Source of the DNA: Candidatus Binatia bacterium
GTDB taxonomy: Bacteria; Desulfobacterota; Binatia; UBA9968; JAJDTQ01
DNA length: 64,000 nucleotides
Reading direction: 5' to 3'
Assembly (NCBI GenBank): GCA_963666515.2
Contig: OY762897.2
Coordinates: forward strand, 3,904,001-3,968,000
Both the position numbers and the translations under genes were made by a program. The notes beneath the pieces are model-generated. The model had not been told where the DNA came from. It did not search any database and saw nothing but the letters and a program-made list of their open reading frames with translations. Positions 58,437 to 64,000 of the stretch are shown here, one piece after another (position 1 is the stretch's first letter; every line of letters starts with the position of its first letter).

Positions 58437-58577
58437 GTTTCCCGATATGAAGCGATGACAAACACAAAGGAAGCATAAAACTGTTCGGGATGCAAGGGTT
58501 CCCGCTTGCTTGTGAATCTGCCCAATTGCGATATGCTGGTCACTATGGACCTCAACCTCTGAAGGAAGGAGCAGGTG

Positions 58578-59537
58578 ATGAGCAGTCATCCCTTCGACAA
58601 CGAGTTCCTCGTCACCGGCGAGCACAGGGAGAAATTCCGGCGCGACGGCTTCGTCAAGCTGGAAGGGTTCTTCAACGCCGCCGTGGTCAACACGCTGCTC
58701 GACCGTGTCGAAGTCGAAATGGGCCGGGCGGCTCCATCGAGCACGGCTTCCGATTTTCTGTTCAGTCGAGTGCGGTACGACTTCAAGAGCGAAAAGGCCG
58801 ACGTCTATGAGCTGCTGGAACGGCCCTACTTCCGGCGGGCTCTGACGGACCTGGTCGAACGCGACCTCTTCCTGACCTTCGAAGTGTGCTTCGAGATTGA
58901 AAAAAAACGCCAAAAGGGGTTTCCATGGCATGTTGACCTGCAGAGTTTCGGCTACCAGGTCGCAACCGAGCACGCGTGCTCGCTGTGGACGCCGCTGCAT
59001 TCCATCGATCCGAAGGGGCAGCGGGGCGGGATGGCTTATGTCCCCATGAACGTCGTATCGGGTGATTTCACCTACCAGGTCGAGCGAGCCATCGTGTCGA
59101 CGGTGGAGGCCAAGGAGCGAGCCGGGGTCAGGACGAACATGCTCGAGTTCGCTGCGTTGAATGCGGGGATACTCAATTCGCCGACCATGGTCGAGATATT
59201 CGAGAACCACCAGGTCGAAGACGACTTCGAGCCCGGCGACGTGCTCCTGTTCAACAAACTGGTCGTCCATCGAAGCATCATGCTCGGTGAGGGACCCCTT
59301 TCCAGGCGCGCCGCCTACACGATGCGTTTCGTCGATGCCGGGTCGCACTATAGTCTGCAGGGGGCGCGGGATCTCGAATTCCCGGTGGAAATGTACGGGA
59401 AGGCGCCCATTCCGTATAAACCGGTTACACGCCAACACATAGAAATCGCGGAAGCCGGGGCGCAGGACGGCGACGTTCTCGCGGAATGCGACTACTTCGA
59501 CAACCGCGATCGTCGCACGGTCCGGCGCGGTTCATAG
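58578..59537 (+). CDS. Fe(II)/2-oxoglutarate-dependent dioxygenase, PhyH (phytanoyl-CoA hydroxylase)-like
   Basis: FRRDGFVKLEGFF N-terminus, WHVD (HxD), CSLWTPL, EPGDVLLF, VVHRS (distal His), RRAAYTMRF (2OG-binding Arg). AAGGAG RBS before ATG 58578. Confidence 0.85.
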   Translation: MSSHPFDNEFLVTGEHREKFRRDGFVKLEGFFNAAVVNTLLDRVEVEMGRAAPSSTASDFLFSRVRYDFKSEKADVYELLERPYFRRALTDLVERDLFLTFEVCFEIEKKRQKGFPWHVDLQSFGYQVATEHACSLWTPLHSIDPKGQRGGMAYVPMNVVSGDFTYQVERAIVSTVEAKERAGVRTNMLEFAALNAGILNSPTMVEIFENHQVEDDFEPGDVLLFNKLVVHRSIMLGEGPLSRRAAYTMRFVDAGSHYSLQGARDLEFPVEMYGKAPIPYKPVTRQHIEIAEAGAQDGDVLAECDYFDNRDRRTVRRGS

Positions 59538-61202
59538 CTGCTCGGATGGCGCTTGGGCAGCTTGTCGAGGCTCTTCAGGCTCTCCAGTCGCTCCTTCCAG
59601 GTCCGGCCTCCTCAGGAACAGCGCCGCCGCCACCGACAGCGCCGCGGCCGCGGCGATCACCATGAACGCCTCGCCCACCGCCCCGGACAGGGCGGACACG
59701 AGAGAGTCGAGCAGCATGTCGGCTACGCCGCCGGCGTGTCCGGCGGCCTCCAGGTCGGCGCCGAGCGCATCCCTGGCGGCCGGATCCATCACCGCCCGCG
59801 GCTCGGCCGTCAGGGCGTCGAGGCCGCCCGGCGGGAGCGCCGCCCTGACCGCGTCGGGGAGCGCCGTCTCCAGCCTCCGCGAGAATCCGTTCGCCATCAC
59901 CGCGCCCATGACGGCAAGGCCCAGCGTGGCCCCGATGGATCGGGAGAACTGAAGCGTGGCGGTGGAGGCCCCCACGAGACTGTAAGGCACCGAGTTCTGA
60001 ACCCCCACGTTCATGGTCGCCAGCGTGCCGCCCACGCCGAGGCCGAGGACCGCGACGTACGACGCGGCCCGCCAGAGGCCGGCATCCTCCCCCAGGGTGA
60101 CGAGAAGAAACGCGCCAGCGGCCGTGATCCCCGTGTTCACCAGCGCTTCCACCCTGTAGTGGCGGCGCTCCCCGCTGAGCCGGCGTCCCGCCAGCGCGGC
60201 CCCCAGCAGCACCGCCAGCAACATGGGGGTCATGAACACGCCGCTGCGGGCGGCCGAAGCGCCGAGCACCGCCTGGAAAAACAGGTTGGTGAAAATGATG
60301 CTCCCGTACAGCACCATGCCGGTCAACAGCAGCACCGCGGCCCCGGCGCTCACCATCGGGTTGCGGTATATCTCCAGCGGCATGATCGGCGAGCGCGCCC
60401 TGGACTCGACGGCCACGAAGGCTGCGGTCATGGCCAGTCCGAAGGCCATGAGGCCGATCACCTCGGCCGAGGTCCAGTCGTATTGGACCCCACCCATTGA
60501 AAACGCCAGCAGCAACGGCACCACGGCCAGTGTGAGGCACGCCGTTCCGGGATAGTCCAGGCCGCGGTGCTCGACCTCGGACGCGATGGCCGGGAACGTT
60601 CGTGCGATCAGCGCGAGCACCACCAGCGCCGCGGGCACGTTGAACAGGAAGATCCAGTGCCACGAAAAGGCGTCGGTGATGAGCCCGCCCAGAACCGGCC
60701 CTATCGCCACGGCCACGCCCAGCACCATCGCGCCCAGCCCCTGAGCCTTGCCCCGTTCCTCCGGCGGAAACAGGTCGGCCACCGCCACGAGGCTGTTGGT
60801 CGCCAAGGTGCCGCCGCCGATGCCCTGGATGGCGCTGGCGGCGATGAGCTGGGTCATCGACTGGCTCGTGCCGGCTGCCAGGGCGCCGATGATGAAGACG
60901 GCCAGGCCGAGCATGAAGAAGAGCCGGCGCCCGTACATGTCGGCAAGCCTGCCCACGATCGGCACGGCCACCGCGGCCGCCACCAGGTAGGCGGTGGACG
61001 GCCAGGTATAGCGGTCGAACCCGCCCAGTTCGGCGACGATGCGGGGCAGCGCCGTGGACAGGACGGTCTGGGCCAGGGTGGACAGGAACAGCGCAAGCAA
61101 CACGCCGGTCGTCGCCCACCGAAGCTGCGCCCCGGAGAGCCTTGCGCGGTCCGCGGCCACCGGCGGATCGCCGCCAGGTTGCTCTTCATCGCGTCGTTGC
61201 AT
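59532..61202 (-). CDS. MFS drug:H+ antiporter, DHA2 (EmrB/QacA) family
   Basis: Many hydrophobic segments; QTVLSTALPRI (motif D1 region), GRLADMYGRR (motif A), QGIGGG, GPVLGG (motif C), WHWIFLFNVP. Likely ATG at 61202 with GAGGG upstream. Stop overlaps the dioxygenase stop. Confidence 0.92.
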   Translation of the reverse strand: MQRRDEEQPGGDPPVAADRARLSGAQLRWATTGVLLALFLSTLAQTVLSTALPRIVAELGGFDRYTWPSTAYLVAAAVAVPIVGRLADMYGRRLFFMLGLAVFIIGALAAGTSQSMTQLIAASAIQGIGGGTLATNSLVAVADLFPPEERGKAQGLGAMVLGVAVAIGPVLGGLITDAFSWHWIFLFNVPAALVVLALIARTFPAIASEVEHRGLDYPGTACLTLAVVPLLLAFSMGGVQYDWTSAEVIGLMAFGLAMTAAFVAVESRARSPIMPLEIYRNPMVSAGAAVLLLTGMVLYGSIIFTNLFFQAVLGASAARSGVFMTPMLLAVLLGAALAGRRLSGERRHYRVEALVNTGITAAGAFLLVTLGEDAGLWRAASYVAVLGLGVGGTLATMNVGVQNSVPYSLVGASTATLQFSRSIGATLGLAVMGAVMANGFSRRLETALPDAVRAALPPGGLDALTAEPRAVMDPAARDALGADLEAAGHAGGVADMLLDSLVSALSGAVGEAFMVIAAAAALSVAAALFLRRPDLEGATGEPEEPRQAAQAPSEQL

Positions 61203-61247
61203 TGCTTGCGACCCTCGTCGGTCCGAGCCCTTGTCCAATGGTCCGTT

Positions 61248-61260
61248 CAACAACTTGTTG
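61248..61260. promoter_or_regulatory. Short palindrome in the divergent MFS/amidohydrolase spacer (candidate operator)
   Basis: CAACAA-C-TTGTTG, about 46 bp upstream of the MFS start. Confidence 0.3.
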
Positions 61261-61379
61261 TACCCGACTGAAAATCCCTTGCCTATTGCTCCTCTTGCTT
61301 CATCTTCCGTCCGCTTTATGCGACAGTGGGGGTAAGATCAGGTGCGAAAATTTCTGAAGCGTCCGCACGGGGATATCAA

Positions 61380-62441
61380 ATGGCCGACAACGGAACACTG
61401 GAGGGCTGCGAAGTCATCATTTCGTCGGACTCCCACGTGATGGAGCCGTCCGACATCCTCGTGGAAAGGGCTCCCAAGGGTTACAGGGACCAAGTGCCGC
61501 GCTTTCCCCGGTTGAAGGTGGGGGAGAGCTTTCAGACCCAGCCGGGCGGATCGGATCCGGACAAACGCATCGCCGAGATGGAGACCGACGGCGTGAGCGC
61601 GGAGGTGCTGTTCCCGACCTACCTCCTGCCGCACTTCGCCATGGACGACGCCAAGCTGCAGGAAGTCTCGTTCCGCGCCTACAACGACTGGCTGGTGGAC
61701 TACTGCTCGGTGGCGCCCAACCGGCTCGTGGGGGTGGCGGCCATCTCCATGTACAATATCGACGAGGCGGTCAAGGAGTTGGAGCGTTGCGCCAAGGCGG
61801 GCCTCAAGGGCTCGCTGATCTGGCAGGCCCCGCGCATGGACCTGCCTTTCTCCTCCGACCACTACCAGGAGTTCTGGGCGGCGTCCGAAGATCTCCAGTT
61901 CCCCGTGCACCTGCACATCCTCACCGGGCACGGCTACCACAAGCAGACGGTGTTCGGTAACAAGCGCATCGGCGTGGAGCCCTACCGCGGCAGCGTCAAC
62001 CTGAAGCTCCAGGAGATCATCAACGCCGTCTTCGACTTCATCTTCTACGGCGTCATGGATCGCCATCCCAAGCTCAAGTTCGTGTGCGTGGAGAACGAGA
62101 TCGGCTGGATGCCGTTCATGCTGCAGCAGTGGGACTACTACTGGAACCGGTTCAAGGGGGAGGCCCCCATCCCCATCACCAAGAACCCCAGCGAGTATTT
62201 CCTCGGCCAGTTCTACGGCACGTTCTTCCGCGACACGGTGGCCGGGCACCACTTCGAGTGGTGGGGTCAGGACAACTGCATGTGGTCCAATGACTACCCC
62301 CACGCCAACTCCACTTGGCCGGAGTCCAAGCGCTACATCGAGCGCGACCTGGGCCACCTGCCGGCGGACATCCGGAAGAAGCTGGTCTACACCAACGTGA
62401 AGAACCTGTACCAGCTCGATATCCCGGACCCGGTTCAATAG
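61380..62441 (+). CDS. Amidohydrolase_2 family metallo-dependent hydrolase/decarboxylase, paralogue 1
   Basis: ISSDSHVMEP, AYNDWL, PVHLHI, ENEIGW, WSNDYPH motifs. Start set at ATG 61380 by alignment with the paralogue (MADNGTL vs MADDGTL). Confidence 0.9.
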   Translation: MADNGTLEGCEVIISSDSHVMEPSDILVERAPKGYRDQVPRFPRLKVGESFQTQPGGSDPDKRIAEMETDGVSAEVLFPTYLLPHFAMDDAKLQEVSFRAYNDWLVDYCSVAPNRLVGVAAISMYNIDEAVKELERCAKAGLKGSLIWQAPRMDLPFSSDHYQEFWAASEDLQFPVHLHILTGHGYHKQTVFGNKRIGVEPYRGSVNLKLQEIINAVFDFIFYGVMDRHPKLKFVCVENEIGWMPFMLQQWDYYWNRFKGEAPIPITKNPSEYFLGQFYGTFFRDTVAGHHFEWWGQDNCMWSNDYPHANSTWPESKRYIERDLGHLPADIRKKLVYTNVKNLYQLDIPDPVQ

Positions 62442-62452
62442 TCCGGTTGCGC

Positions 62453-62488
62453 GAAAGCCGCCCGCCCTGGACGGCTTTCCCTTTGTTC
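62453..62488 (+). terminator. Possible weak intrinsic terminator/stem-loop between the amidohydrolase paralogues
   Basis: GAAAGCCG...CGGCTTTC stem 11 nt after the stop, followed by CCTTTGTT (imperfect U tract). Confidence 0.35.
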
Positions 62489-62504
62489 GTAGGGGGACGA
62501 TCAA

Positions 62505-63593
62505 ATGGCCGACGACGGAACACTGGCGGGCTGCGAGGTCATCATCTCGGCGGACTCCCACGTCATCGAGCCGCCCGACACTCTGGTGGAAAGGGCCCCT
62601 GCGGCCTTCAAGGATCAAGTGCCGCGATTTCCCGAGATGGAGGTGGGCACGGGCTTTCAGGTCCATCCGGGGGGATCGGATCCACACAAGCGCATCACCG
62701 AGATGGACATCGACGGCGTGAGCGCGGAGGTTCTCTACCCGAGCCATCTGCTGTTGTACTTCGCCATGGACGACGCCAGGTTGCAGGAAGTCTCGTTTCG
62801 CGCGTACAACGACTGGCTGATGGACTACTGCTCGGTGGCGCCCGACCGGCTGGCGGGGTTGGCGGCCATCTCCATGTACGACATCGACGAGGCGGTCAAG
62901 GAGCTTGAACGCTGCGCCAGGGCGGGGCTCAAGGGTTCGCTCGTCTGGCAGGCCCCGCGCGTGGACCTGCCGTTCCGCTCCGACCACTACGAGAAGTTCT
63001 GGGCGGCCTCCGAAGCTCTCCAGCTCCCCGTGCACCTGCACATCCTCACCGGCCACGGCTGCCACAAGCGGGTGCAGAGGGCCGTTGAGAAGGACGGCCT
63101 CGACGATATCGACCCGCGCTACCTCATCGAGTTCTACCGCTGCTTCGTCAACATGAGGTTGGGGGAGATCATCAACGCGGTCTTCGATCTCATCTTCTAC
63201 GGCGTCATGGAGCGCCATCCCAAGCTCAAGTTCGTGTGTGCCGAGAACGAGATCGGCTGGATGCCGTTCATGCTGCAGCAGTGGGACTACTACTGGAACC
63301 GGTTCAAGGAGGAGAACCCGATCTCCATCACCAGGAACCCCAGCGAGTACTTCCTTGGGCAGGTCTACGGCACGTTCTTCGGCGACACGGTGGCCGCTCA
63401 CAGCTTCGAGTGGTGGGGACAGGACAACTGCATGTGGTCCAGCGACTACCCGCACGGCAACGCCAAGTGGCCGGAGTCGAAACGCTATGTCGAACGCGAG
63501 TTGGGCCACCTGCCGGTGGACGTCCGGAAGAAGCTGGTCTACACCAACGTGAAGGAACTCTACCGGCTCGACATTCCTCATCCCGCGCAGTAA
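62505..63593 (+). CDS. Amidohydrolase_2 family metallo-dependent hydrolase/decarboxylase, paralogue 2
   Basis: ISADSHVIEP, AYNDWL, PVHLHI, ENEIGW, WSSDYPH; AGGGGG RBS; highly similar to the preceding gene. Confidence 0.9.
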   Translation: MADDGTLAGCEVIISADSHVIEPPDTLVERAPAAFKDQVPRFPEMEVGTGFQVHPGGSDPHKRITEMDIDGVSAEVLYPSHLLLYFAMDDARLQEVSFRAYNDWLMDYCSVAPDRLAGLAAISMYDIDEAVKELERCARAGLKGSLVWQAPRVDLPFRSDHYEKFWAASEALQLPVHLHILTGHGCHKRVQRAVEKDGLDDIDPRYLIEFYRCFVNMRLGEIINAVFDLIFYGVMERHPKLKFVCAENEIGWMPFMLQQWDYYWNRFKEENPISITRNPSEYFLGQVYGTFFGDTVAAHSFEWWGQDNCMWSSDYPHGNAKWPESKRYVERELGHLPVDVRKKLVYTNVKELYRLDIPHPAQ

Positions 63594-63618
63594 CGCAAAG
63601 CCTCCGTCACTGGAGCCG

Positions 63619-64000
63619 TCAATGCATCAGCCGGCCCCCGGAGACGTTCAGCGCCTCGCCGGTGGTGTGGGACGAGTCGCCGGAGGCGAGGAAAAGGGCG
63701 GCGTTGGCCACCTCTTCGTGCAGCGCGTGCTTCCGTAGCGGGGTTTGGGACAGGACGTTCTCCCACAGCTCCTCGAAGGAGACGCCGAGGCCCTTGGCCC
63801 GCTCGGCGTACATCTCCCGCAGGTCGGCCTCGTCCATGCCGCCGGGACAGATGACGTTGGCGCGCACGCCCGAGGGGCCGGCCTCCTTGGCGATGGTCTG
63901 GGTGAGGCCCAGCAGGCCCCACTTGGCGGCGCACAGGGAGCCGCGCAGCGCCATGCCCTCGCGCCCCGCGGTGCCGGAGATGCTGACGATGCTGCCGCGC
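63619..64000 (-). CDS. Short-chain dehydrogenase/reductase (SDR), C-terminal part only
   Basis: Frame is open to the window edge: RGSIVSISGTAGREGMALRGSLCAAKWGLLGLTQTIAKEAGPSGVRANVICPG...EVANAALFLAS...TTGEALNVSGG, a typical SDR C-terminal half. Confidence 0.88.
   Translation of the reverse strand, partial: RGSIVSISGTAGREGMALRGSLCAAKWGLLGLTQTIAKEAGPSGVRANVICPGGMDEADLREMYAERAKGLGVSFEELWENVLSQTPLRKHALHEEVANAALFLASGDSSHTTGEALNVSGGRLMH

Noticed and set aside
58388-58555. N-terminal extension of the ACP ORF in the track
   Set aside because: A strong RBS at the internal ATG 58387 gives a typical 80-aa ACP; the extension covers the divergent intergenic region.
58578-59537. Dioxygenase as a SyrB2-type halogenase
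   Set aside because: The carboxylate ligand is present (H-V-D); halogenases have Ala/Gly there.
61338-63581. 747-aa antisense ORF across the amidohydrolases
   Set aside because: Mirror of two well-formed + strand genes; its internal repeat simply reflects their duplication.
1-64000. tRNA, rRNA, transposases, integrases, NRPS domains, trans-AT features
   Set aside because: None recognised; almost the entire window is accounted for by the listed CDSs, and every elongating module has a cis AT.

Overview
GC-rich bacterial DNA dominated (1-55539, + strand) by the 3' part of a giant cis-AT modular type I polyketide synthase, encoded by four collinear ORFs (the first is cut by the window edge). 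I count 8 complete elongation modules (here A, 1-7) plus a terminal KS-AT didomain whose AT is inactive; there is no thioesterase. Architectures: A KS-AT-DH-cMT-ER-KR-ACP; 1 KS-AT-DH-KR-ACP; 2 KS-AT-KR-ACP; 3 KS-AT-DH-cMT-ER-KR-ACP; 4 KS-AT-DH-cMT-KR-ACP; 5 and 6 KS-AT-DH-ER-KR-ACP (tandem duplicates); 7 KS-AT(atypical)-DH(dead)-KR-ACP; then KS-AT(dead). The module plan, terminal KS-AT0, free ACP and alpha/beta-hydrolase resemble the sponge-symbiont 'sup'-type PKS family (recognised from memory, not from a database search). Downstream lie a GH3-family acyl-adenylate/amide synthetase in the PKS operon, an alpha/beta-hydrolase, a stand-alone ACP, an Fe(II)/2OG (PhyH-like) dioxygenase, a DHA2 MFS exporter, two tandem amidohydrolase_2 paralogues and a truncated SDR lacking its catalytic Tyr. 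The best novelty candidate is a TE-less, diversified sup-like assembly line coupled to a GH3-type ligase. Also notable are translated, nested CGTC-type palindromic repeats in four KS-AT linkers, KR Tyr->His substitutions in five modules, and visible domain-deletion scars. Domain boundaries are approximate and read by eye.
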